Shown in pieces: positions 1-10,300 of a stretch of DNA of 64,000 nt. A model generated the notes under the pieces. That model was given only the letters and a program-made list of their open reading frames with translations. It had not been told where the DNA came from and searched no databases. Position 1 is the stretch's first letter. Every line of letters starts with the position of its first letter. The translations under genes and the position numbers were made by a program. Origin of the DNA: Entomortierella parvispora E1425. Taxonomy: Eukaryota; Fungi; Mortierellomycota. Location: NCBI GenBank assembly GCA_020891255.1, contig BQFW01000003.1, positions 620,001 to 684,000 on the forward strand. The letters are read 5' to 3'.

Positions 1-1184
1 CAAAGTACCTGGAAGAGGTCCTGGTGCAGATTGGATGCCATATCACCAACCCCGTCGAGACCAACATGATTTGGATGGATACTTCCGATGCCGGGTTCAC
101 GGTAGAGGAGTTGATGGCCGAGTTGAGTAAAAAGAACATCAAGATCAGTGGCTCAGGCACAGCAGCCCGCATCGTCTTGCACTACCAGATCTCACAGGAG
201 GCCGTAGAACGGTTTGTGGATGTGTTGAGGGATATGGCAGCAACCCCCAACATGAAGATCAACGTAGACATTGTTCGCGCCACTGAATGGTCCAAGAGGC
301 CACAACCCACAAGCGGAACTCGTAGCGTGCACAGCCACAGCTCACGAAACAGTCGGGTATACGAAGAAGACCATCTTCGCTCTCAACAAGGAAAGGAAGA
401 ATCCCTTGAGAGCAGCATTCCTTTCCCAACCACTCCAAACACCCCAGAGGTGGGCAGGAACTGCATGTTCCAATCCATGTCCCCATCCTCTCCCTCTGGC
501 TCTGACGTCAGGTCGGCAGAAGCGGCGGGCGTGCAGGCCACTCCTCCAGCGACCAAGAACACCATCTACGACGAGGACGAGGTCCTCAGACGTCACAGCA
601 ATGACGGCGTTCCCAACATGAAGCGATGCCTCTTCCAAGAAAGCCGAGAACCCCCTAAAATGGACGAGGACGAGGACCAATTCTATCCTTTGCAAGTCGT
701 CCCTGTCATCCCAAGATCCTCACGCCGGTCAGGGGGTCGTCCCATCAGTGCATATGAAGCCGATCGTCGTGCGCGCGTGGATCTGGAAGAGTTGTTGATC
801 AACAACAACAGCGGCTTGCTCGGTTTCAACGATCCTAAGCAGCCTGCGGCAGCTCGTGCCCTTGATAGCGACGAGGATGAATCGGCTCGATATCCCTCTT
901 CTAGAATGGCTGGCCGCTTGACGAAGTCTTTGGACCTTCAAGAGCTTGAGGCTCGGGCGGCCACGGTGGCTGCGGTCCATGCCGCGGCACTAGCCGCAGG
1001 CACGGTGACACAAGAGGGCGATCAACAGCAGCCAACAGCTCTGCAGTTGCAACAAGTGCCTCTGGACAAGAAGAAGATGAACAAGCTTCCGTTCAAGCTG
1101 GCGCAGAACCCGGCTAGTAAAGCCTTCAAGCGCGCGAGTCTTCGGATCACACGCTGGGGCAACCTCTTGACACGCGAGGGTTAA
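1..1184 (+). CDS. GLY1: Low-specificity L-threonine aldolase (GLY1-like), 5'-truncated by the window edge, with a ~300-aa low-complexity C-terminal extension
   Basis: Frame is open from base 3 (KYLEEVLVQIGCHITNPVETNMIWMD...KNIKISG...ARIVLHYQISQEAVERFVDVL). This matches the C-terminal small domain of threonine aldolases (ETNM.., R.V.H.QI..E.V). The catalytic N-terminal part lies outside the window. Confidence 0.72.
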   Translation, partial: KYLEEVLVQIGCHITNPVETNMIWMDTSDAGFTVEELMAELSKKNIKISGSGTAARIVLHYQISQEAVERFVDVLRDMAATPNMKINVDIVRATEWSKRPQPTSGTRSVHSHSSRNSRVYEEDHLRSQQGKEESLESSIPFPTTPNTPEVGRNCMFQSMSPSSPSGSDVRSAEAAGVQATPPATKNTIYDEDEVLRRHSNDGVPNMKRCLFQESREPPKMDEDEDQFYPLQVVPVIPRSSRRSGGRPISAYEADRRARVDLEELLINNNSGLLGFNDPKQPAAARALDSDEDESARYPSSRMAGRLTKSLDLQELEARAATVAAVHAAALAAGTVTQEGDQQQPTALQLQQVPLDKKKMNKLPFKLAQNPASKAFKRASLRITRWGNLLTREG

Positions 1185-1412
1185 GAACAAAGTTTTACGT
1201 TGATCGGAACAAACAACAATCCCCCTCCTCCTCTGCGCCTCACTTTCATTCATCCATTCGTCCATTCATCTACTCCCTCATACCATAGCCTTATTATTAG
1301 AAGATCGAGTCACCTCTTCTTGTAATCCAATACCATCATTCTGCACTAAAAGCGCCTCCTAGCTTCCTTCCCTTTTCTCAACTGGTCCACGATTGGCAAA
1401 CACTGGATTTCA

Positions 1413-1439
1413 TTTTTTTTTTTTTTTTTTTTTTTTTTT
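1413..1439 (+). repeat. Poly(T)27 tract between the convergent GLY1 and C2H2 TF genes
   Basis: 27 consecutive T read directly from the sequence. Confidence 0.95.
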
Positions 1440-1587
1440 AATGATTCATATGATGATCGTGGCAGTTGCTCTGCTCAAATGACTATGTCTAAGAATGGGA
1501 TTTGTGGTGCGAGAAAGGAAAGGAAGGGTCTATGTACATGGTTTTTTTTGGGGTTTTTGTTTCGTGGATTGCCGCAAGTTTATCGTT

Positions 1588-2970
1588 TTAGATCAACTTG
1601 GCGCGAGCACGAGCGGCCATCAACTCTTCAGTCTCATGGCTAGCTGGGTGGATGCCATCCTCTCTTACGCTCTTGACGGTGTAGTGTCTCAACAAGGCGT
1701 CCCTTCTCGCGAAGGGCTTATGACAGTAGTCGCAGGGCCAGGTCATGGCTTGGTGTTTGGAAGCTTGGTGACGTTTGAGGTCGTGGATCCGGCCATAGGA
1801 TTCTCCAGGGCAGAACTCGCATCGGAAAGAAATGGACTCGGTGGCAGGGTCAAAGACCATGATGCTGCCGTCTTCGTTCTTGACCACATGCAAGCCGTCG
1901 GCGCCCATCATGGAGAAAGTAGAAGCGTCAGCGGGGGTGGCAGGCGATGAGGGAGAAAAAGAAGAAGGCGAAGGCGAAAGCGTCAGAGGATTCGAGACCA
2001 AAGGCGATGAAGTCGACGAGACGGATTCGGTTTTGATCAGGGTGTCGATGTTCCCCATGATTGGTGTCGAAGGAAAAGAAGCGACGTTCGAGAAATGAGG
2101 CGATGAAGGAGTCGACAGTGTCTGGGCTGTGGGGGAGTTGGGTTGGGATGAGAAAGGGTAGTGTTGTTGTTGCTGCAGTTGTTGTTGCTGCTGAAGCGTC
2201 TGAAGAGCGTGGTAGTGTTGCTTCTGCTGTTGGTGGTGCTGCTGCAATTGATGAAGATAGGATGATTGAAGTTGCTGCTGTTGTTGTTGTTGTGGAGAAA
2301 GTGGTGCTTGCTCCGGGTGGCATTGCCCAAAATGAGGCTGTGCTACCGAAATGGAAATATTGTTGTATCCAAACTGCAGCGCCTGCGGCTCGTAGTGCTG
2401 CGGTGCTTGCTGAGAATGACACGGTTGCTGAGTCGCAGCAGTCCCAAAGAGCGCAAAATCGTAAGTCGGATGGATCAATTGCTCTCTGGCATGGACCTGT
2501 GCCTGAATAGGATCGTTCCGAGTCGACCACAGAGTGTTGGTGTTTCCGGAAAGGAGATCTTCGATCGTAATGTTGAACAGACCGGACAGTTCATCGGCTT
2601 CTTCCGCATCCATGGACCTGAAAAGGGTACTGTTGTTTGCGCCACCGGCCATTGCAGGGGATGAGTTGGACGATTGAGGCGATGGAGAGGACGAGGACGA
2701 AAATGTAGAGTAGCAGGGACTTGAGGGCGACAAGAGAGGTGATTGCTGTGCCTGAGGGATCTGGAACTGCTGCTGGGTCCAGTCGGAAGAAGGGTAGGCC
2801 GAATTGAGGAGGGACTGAGCAAACTCGCTGGAGGCCAGGTCTTGGTCTTGGTCTTGAGGCTGGTCGTCAAAGAGCGTGGTATAGATCGCGCCAATTTCGT
2901 TCGTGGTTTCGCGTCGAAGGATTGCAGGGGAGGAAGGATTTGAGAAGCTTTGGTGGGAGTAACCGAGCAT
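1588..2970 (-). CDS. Intronless C2H2 zinc-finger transcription factor, 460 aa, with Q/S-rich activation-like region and two C-terminal fingers
   Basis: ATG at 2970 (MLGYSHQSF). Fingers are FRCEFCPGESYGRIHDLKRHQASKH and WPCDYCHKPFARRDALLRHYTVKSVREDGIH. PolyQ and polyS tracts precede them. Confidence 0.88.
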   Translation of the reverse strand: MLGYSHQSFSNPSSPAILRRETTNEIGAIYTTLFDDQPQDQDQDLASSEFAQSLLNSAYPSSDWTQQQFQIPQAQQSPLLSPSSPCYSTFSSSSSPSPQSSNSSPAMAGGANNSTLFRSMDAEEADELSGLFNITIEDLLSGNTNTLWSTRNDPIQAQVHAREQLIHPTYDFALFGTAATQQPCHSQQAPQHYEPQALQFGYNNISISVAQPHFGQCHPEQAPLSPQQQQQQQLQSSYLHQLQQHHQQQKQHYHALQTLQQQQQLQQQQHYPFSSQPNSPTAQTLSTPSSPHFSNVASFPSTPIMGNIDTLIKTESVSSTSSPLVSNPLTLSPSPSSFSPSSPATPADASTFSMMGADGLHVVKNEDGSIMVFDPATESISFRCEFCPGESYGRIHDLKRHQASKHQAMTWPCDYCHKPFARRDALLRHYTVKSVREDGIHPASHETEELMAARARAKLI

Positions 2971-3499
2971 GGCAATTGGAGAGCAATTGGGGGGAAGGAT
3001 GGGAGAAAAGAGAGAGAAGAAGAGAAGAGAAGAAGAAAGAAGAAGAGAGAACAAGTCGTGTTTTAAGCAGGTGAAGGACACGTTGGAAGTGAATTTTTTT
3101 TTGGTTTGTTTGGATGAGTGCGCTTGAGTGATAATAAATCGGGAAATGTGCCAGAAGCGGCACGTTTTTATAGCAGCGCGGAAAGCGGGCTGAGCACGTC
3201 AAACGAGAGCGACGCGTCAAACGAAATGGATGGTCAAACCAGAAGTTTCCTTCTTTGGGCATTGGGCGAATGAAAGAAGCACCGCCTCTTTCTGCTCTCA
3301 AGCAAGGTCTCAACCATCGGCAATAGAATGCCCGCAGTCCAATTGGAGCTGAGCTATATTTTTAGGCTTGCTCATTTCGTCAGAGTCAATTCAACCGACG
3401 ATGTGTCTTTCACTTTGTCTTCCTTCTCTTCTCTCTATCCTTCCACGGCTACTGACAACAACTCGACTCTCCAAGAACTGATCCGTCGAGCTGGACGCC

Positions 3500-5099
3500 A
3501 TGCACTCTCCATCCACACCCGCGAACGACGAGATCATTGGGACCCTACCATCCCACAACGGCACTCTCTCAAAGGAATCGATCATTGCCGAACCATCGAA
3601 ATCACGGAGCCATGGCCTCTACATCTCTAGAAAATTCAATGTCCTTCAGCCCGCCATTATCATCCCATTCGCAATTCTGGGACTCTTGATTCGCTTGGGA
3701 CTCAACTCGATTCAGACCTTTGCGGGCCAGCAGGTTTTCGCCCTTGTGTGGCCGCAGTTTGTCGGCTGTATGATCATGGGTGCCCTGGTCGCCACTCGAG
3801 ACTGGATTGAGAAGGGCTTTGGACTTCTGGATTACAAAGACAAGGCGAAAGGGCACTGGCTGGGACCCTACTTTTATGTGGCCCTGAGCTCTGGTCTCTG
3901 TGGCTCTATCACCACGTTCTCTTCATGGTCTGTTGGGACCTTTGTTGAGCTTATCAACCCCGCCCGGATAAACCGACATCCACTTCAAAATGTAGGTTGA
4001 GAGCGAATTGGCATCCTATCTTAAAGGCGCTGCATGGACGCTTTGTTTACTGATCCTTTTTTTGTGACTCTGGTGGAATAGATCTTGTCTGCACTCTCTG
4101 AAATAGCCGTAACGATTGCAATGTCGCTCGTTGGACTGAAGTTTGGCAAACATCTGGGACAATCTTTGATCAAAATCGTAGACGATAGGATGACGCCTGG
4201 CGAAGGACCCTCCTTTTCAGAGGAGAACCTCGCGGCCGTGTTGGCTGAGGAGGACACAAATGTGATGCCTGGTTCAACGGAACTCGCTCCATCCGAAGTA
4301 TTTACTCAAATGGAATCACCCACAGACTCATCCACGCAGACAGAGACAGAGACACAAACATCTACGCAGATACAGACATATGCACAGATGCAGACACCAG
4401 CTCAAAGGTCAACGGCACAGTCTGCTGCTCCAAAACAGGAGATAATCCACATCCCATCAGCACCAACTCTGTGGACGCTACACGATTGGCTTTTTATCGT
4501 TGCAGGCGGTGCACTTTGGCTTGGAGTTATTTTTGCGGCCATTTGGATGCCATCTGCATCTTTCCGTTCATGGCGACACGTGGCGTTTGCTTGTTGTTTC
4601 GCCCCCTTGGGTGCCAATTTGAGATGGTACATGTCACGCTGGAACGCATCGAGCTTGAGGCGGTTCCAATTCCCTCTCGGAACCTTTGCTGCCAATATCC
4701 TAGGATCAGTGATTTTGGGAGCCGTAGTCTGCATGCAACACAGCGTTGCAATCCGCGGACACAGTGGAGCAGCTACGGCATGCCAAGTCTTTGGTGGACT
4801 GCAGGACGGGCTCTGCGGTAAGTGCTTAGACTTTATCTTAGTGGCACTGGCTCTTGTGTATCTGATACCTCTCTCCTGACCCCTCAACGTTTCTTCCTTC
4901 ATTAGGGTGCTTGACGACCATCTCCACGTTTACACTCGAGTTGAAGACACTGCCTCGCAAAGCTTCTTATATTTATGGAATCACGTCCGTTGTTGTCGCT
5001 CAGCTGGTTCTGCTCGTCATCTTGGGCAGCTTCGTCTGGACACAGTCGTCCATCAAGGATGAGCAAAATGGTTATCTTCTTTCCACCTGCTCAATGTAA
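3500..5099 (+). CDS. FEX1: Fluoride export protein FEX (fused double Fluc/CrcB); exons 3500-3991, 4082-4817, 4906-5099
   Basis: Two Fluc repeats with signatures GLCGSITTFSSW and (spliced) GLCGCLTTISTF. Also FAPLGANLRWYMSRWN and PLGTFAANILGS. GT-AG introns 3992-4081 and 4818-4905 join the three ORFs in frame. Confidence 0.92.
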
Positions 5100-5569
5100 T
5101 TTACCCTACTAGCAATAGACAATAAAGTGGCCGATCATCGCCCACAGCCCAGAATTATGTGGCGTCCTTTAGGGTTGGCTGGATCGAAAGCTTTCATCAC
5201 AGTGGTGTCATAGAGGCGGAGGCGCTGCTGGACCTCGCGTTTCTGAAATCGTCACCATGTCTAACGTGGCACCTGCATCAGGGTTGGCCCTTACTGGAAT
5301 CTTTGTTGCTTTGCATGCCATGCAACCAGACATTTCAGAAAGAAAAATCATGTTCTCGTCTCGAACCTTCACTCTGCTGCCGATCGCAGATGCATTAAAC
5401 TGAGGATCAAAACCTTCACTCCGAGGAAAAGTCTGAATTAAGTTCTTGGAGTTGGGCGCAGAGAGCATTCAAAAGATTTTTTTTTTTTTTTCGATTTTCA
5501 TTTCCTGTCTTGCCAGACCATGCATCAGTTACTTGTCTGGTACCTGCGCGGCCGCGTTAACTTCTCCTT

Positions 5570-5593
5570 CCCCCCCCCCCCCCCCCCCCCCCC
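5570..5593 (+). repeat. Poly(C)24 tract
   Basis: 24 consecutive C in the FEX-RhoGAP intergenic region. Confidence 0.93.
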
Positions 5594-7367
5594 CTTTCTC
5601 AACCACATCTAATGCATAGAGTGCTGCACCTGTGCAGAACCATCCTACCCATACTCAGCCTTAGGCGTGTGTGTATTCCTCTTGCGCTTTGCAAGGCAGC
5701 ATCAACAACATGAAAACATTGAACAAAAAGTTGCGGAGTGACTCTCTTGTTCAAGAAATAGTCCAATCGGCAGATTATCGGTGAGCTACATTGACTATGC
5801 CAACATCTCTCTCCTCTCCTTGACATTCCTACAGCAATTAGCCGTTATCAATAAGATGAGCGGATATATACCTGCCTCTCCTCTTTTGCCTATCAAGTAA
5901 GGGGAATACGCCGCGAGGGGGGCGGGGGGGAGGTAGAGCCGAGGGTATGAGAGAGGGGGGAAGCGGCGACCTGGCCCAGTCGAGGACAGATATGAAAAAT
6001 CGGTGCTGGTCCAGTGGGTTAGGTAATACGTGCGTCAACAATTCTTTTTGTGACAAAAGAGAGAAGAGAGACAAAAAAAAAAGTCTGGTCAGACGGACAG
6101 AGAGGTGCTGCTGGCTCCCCGATGACAATTGCTCTCGCAGAGGTAGGTGTTTGTTGTCCACTAGAAATAGAGCGAACCAACAAAAGGGTAAAAAAAAGTG
6201 AGCCTTTTGTGGTGCAAGAGAAAGAGACAGAAAGTGAGATGCATTTGCTGATCCACAGTCCATCTCTGCGGAGAGGGCTGCAAGCAGCAGACGGCTCAAA
6301 ATGCATCCAGGCAACTTGATGAGTTTAGGTCAGGAACTGATGCAATAGTAAAGAAAATATCCCGCTGGCTGCAAGATGGCGCAAACACAACAACACCAGC
6401 GGACGCTTGGTGGCACAAGGCCCGTCTCGCAACCCAAAAACAAACAAGGAACGACAAAAGCACAACATCCAAGCGCCAGGGAATGGTCTGGCCAAAGGGG
6501 ACAGAGCAAGACATTGCAACACCAAAAAGATAGGGAGCATGTCAGCATGAACATGCTGAGATGCCGAAAGGTCCAGCTGGTTTCGGGACAATTCCCTGGT
6601 GCACAACTAACCAGGGCCAGTCTTTGGGCATGAAGGGGTGCCGGTGATGCGGGTTTAATACTGCTTTCGAACAGACCCCTCCCTGATGCTGCTCCCTTCT
6701 CTGTGCTCTTTCCTCGCATTGCGCTGTTTCTTCAAGACTTCCTATTCGATCTGGAGAAAACGCGAAGCAGACGGACGGGCCGGGGCTGGACTGCTCATGT
6801 TTGCTCATTGTTTCCTCTGGTGCTGTTGTCGGACAACACAGACCGTGGATGGAAGCAGGTGTGTTTGTCTGTGTGTCTGTGTCTGTGAGTGTGCGTAGGG
6901 TTTCGCAATGGCTGTGGATCTCGGCCAAAGATCATTTCTGCCGCTTTTCACTTCTTTCTCTTCGATCGATACTGTTCCATTGCATCACCTTTGCTTCCCA
7001 CCCTTTCTCGCCCCTCTTTCTCCCTCTACCGACCTGCACCGCACCTCTTTGTCCTCTCTCCTCGAATTCTCTCCCCTCCCACCTTCATTATCCATAGTTA
7101 ATTGCCTCTGTTACACGCTCCGAAGTTACTGCTTCTTTCATTCCACCCTCTGCAGACACACGACAAGTATTAATTTGGCTCCCAATCCTTGTTCCCTCTC
7201 CTCTCTTTCTCCTCGGTACTTTCTAGAGTGCTCATTCACCTTTTGAATTCACCTCATTCCACGTTTTTTTTGTCTCGCATCTTGTCTCCCTTCACTCCAC
7301 ACACACACAAGACAAAGAAGAACCTTCGCTTTCTTTCTCTCTCAAGAGACTTCCTGTGAACGCATCA

Positions 7368-10300
7368 ATGCCGCCTTCCGCTCAAAGCGCGACACTGTCG
7401 CTTTCTACTTACCCGTCACTGCATACAAGTATTTTTGGCGATGAAGGTGGAAGTTTGTTTGGTGAAGGTGGACTGCTGGGGGACATGGGCGATATCTTCA
7501 ACGCAGGGACGATCGGATCCGGTGTTGGTCCAGGCACATCACAAATGACGGTGCCTAGAATCTCATCCCTTACCCAATTTAGCAGTCAGGCCTCGACCAC
7601 CTTTCAACCACATCGGGATCATATTCTACAGGGTGCCGGTGTCGGTACCCCACCTTTGAAACAGCAGTATCAGACTCAACCCAAGATGCCCCAGCCTGGG
7701 CCTCAGCAGCAACAAGGCCAACAATCTCAGCTGCAGCAACAGCAGCAACTGCAGCAACAAAGACAGCATACCCCATCTTCATATCGTCATTCTGCCCCCA
7801 TCTCTATTCCACCGTCTAATGATACCCAGCAGCAGCAACCTAACATCCATCATTCCCAACCCCCACCTCAGCATCCTGCGCAGACCCCACAACCGCCTCG
7901 ACCTCAGACAATGTTTGCTCAGGGCTCTGTGGCCGATCTGCAGAAGGAAAGGGTTCTCGCCCACAAATCCTCGGTGGCCACCATGAAGACTACAGCCTCC
8001 AGTAATTCGCTTCAATCCCAAAGTGACCTTTCTTCCAGACCTTTGCCATCGGTACAGCCCCCTCGAGGAGGCCCAAGTTCAAGTCGAACCTTCGAGACCG
8101 ACCCGAAGGCCAAAGCCCAGAAGGAAGCTCTTAAACAAAAATTGAAGCAGCAACAGAAAGCTCAACAGAAAAGGTCTTTGCCCCTATTCCCAACCGATCG
8201 TACAAGGGGGTCTTCTTCTATCCAGAATGCTCTTCGTCCAGGTAAGGTTCCCTTTTTTTTTTTTTTTGCTTTGCGAGCAAAAAGGATTAAAAAGAAATCA
8301 TCGCACTTTCGCGAAGCCTCAGTGGATGACAGCTCTCAACCGTCGGAGTCGCAACGTGCAGACTGTGCGAGAGAGATGGAGAAGAGAGCGATGTTTAATT
8401 GTCTTTGGCCAGCTCCGCCTCGCGGAGCTGACATAAGAAGCATGGACGCCGACCTTTGATCTTTGACCTTGCCATTGACCCAATCAATCAAAAACAACAG
8501 CGAAAACAAGAAAAATGACCAACACTGACACGCGTCGACGCGACTTCCCTTTTTTGCTCTAGTGGATATCTCGCTCATTGACCTCTTGCCGATAGAGGTG
8601 AGCCACAAGATCATCATGAAGTGTATTGACGAAATCAAGCTGCGAGGTAAGTCTGCTTGAGAGGATGACTATGTCTACCCACCGGTGGCGATAGCCTCAG
8701 GAGGATCGAGGGGGGGGGGGGAAAGTTCAAGAGCTCAGTGGATGCCCTTCTCCTTCAATTCCCACCCCCATTAGGTCTAAAGCACAAGCATCTCTTTCGA
8801 ACTCCGTTTTACAGTCCCTCTGTCGAAGGTGCTCTGGCGATGATGGTGGACCCTCGACGACAAGACATGATATCGGTCAAATGGATGCGCATGGATACCG
8901 TAGCAGGACTCCTGACTACGGCCCTCTCCAGGACCTATCCACCCTTGATCCCTCCTCACATTCAGGAAATGTTTCAGAACCCCAATGGTAAGGATGGACG
9001 GAAAAAAGGAACATTTTCCCCCAGGAAAGGAACAAAAAATCCCAGGGATCAGGGTCCAAAAATTCTCCTAATCTTCCCAAAAGGGCCAAGAAGGGACAAC
9101 TAACCTGGTCATGTCATTTTTTTTTATATCTTCCTTCCCCTTGTTTACCACAGGCCGATTCTTTTTTGAGCTTTTGGGGATGCTGCCAGAATTGAATCGA
9201 TTCCTTTTTGTTGAGATCCTGGATCTATGCTGCGATCTGGTAGATAACCAACTCTACAATCAGGTCAGCCATAGCAAGTTGGCTATCTATCCTGGGTCCT
9301 GTTGCTTCGGATTGGACGAGTTCATGCCCACGTGGGATACCCGTTATCTCTTGACCACGGATGTGAAAAAGTTCTCAGCAGCTTTCTATCACGTTATTTA
9401 CGCCTACAGGGAAGAGCGTGATCTCTCTGCAGAGGCTTTGCAGGAGAAATTAGACACTCGAGATCGGATTCTGGAAAAGGAGCGGATGGATGCTTTGGAG
9501 TCGGAATATGGACTGGAGGGTGCTTTTGCCATCCTGAGGATGGAGGCCAGGATCGCCAAGGGCTTGCCAGCAGAGTCGCCCTCACTCGTTCCTACTCCTC
9601 CTTCCAACACGAAAGAGATTTCGGTCTATGCGGACCGCAAAGAAAGAGTCGTGGCAGACGATGCTATCTCGGTCCTGAATATTCAGTTGGACGAGACTGC
9701 AGCGGCAGCTCCACCCGTGCAATCTTTGGACAAGGTTGTGGAAGAAGGAAAAGAAGAGGAAGAGGAAGAGAATGTCGAGGGAGTGATTGAAGATCTGAGG
9801 AATAGCGTTTCCGTCGCTGCTTTGGTCTACAATTCAGGGTCCAATTCAGCAGCGTCCTCTTCCGAAACGGTTGTGTCCTCAGGTTCCACAACCCCTGCCC
9901 AGTCATCCACACCCAGCAGTGGCCCTTACCTGTACAAAAAATCCAATCCGTCCTCGCCGGCAGTGGTCGGTTCCAAGACGACTGCGGCCACTAGGCCCAC
10001 CCTCCTCCGCCTGAAATCTATTGCTCGGGCCAGTACCATTGAGAAGAACCTCTACCCTGTTTCTCCTGGGGACATCTTTGGGATCAGTCGACATGCCATT
10101 GAGCGCAAGCAACTTCAAGAGTTCTTGTCTGTTGCTCGAATCTCAGTCAAGCAGCGCAAGTCTCTCTCTAGTAAACGCATTCTGCAGCTGCGCCTTCAGA
10201 ACAAGTTGCTTCGCCGACATCGATCCACCCCAGCAGCAAGTCCCGTATACCCAATTCAAGAGCAGCCCTCTTCACCACTGCAATATCACCGTAATTACCA

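Noticed and set aside
1413-2970. Intronless TF followed by a sense-strand A27 tract as a processed retrogene
   Set aside because: Long A/T homopolymers recur throughout the window (for example about 5477, 57762, 63518, 63715), and no target-site duplication was seen.
4899-4935. TTISTF instead of TTFSTF in the second Fluc motif as a sign of an inactive channel
   Set aside because: Non-Phe residues at this position are, as I recall, common in the second domain of fungal FEX proteins, so it is not evidence of inactivation.
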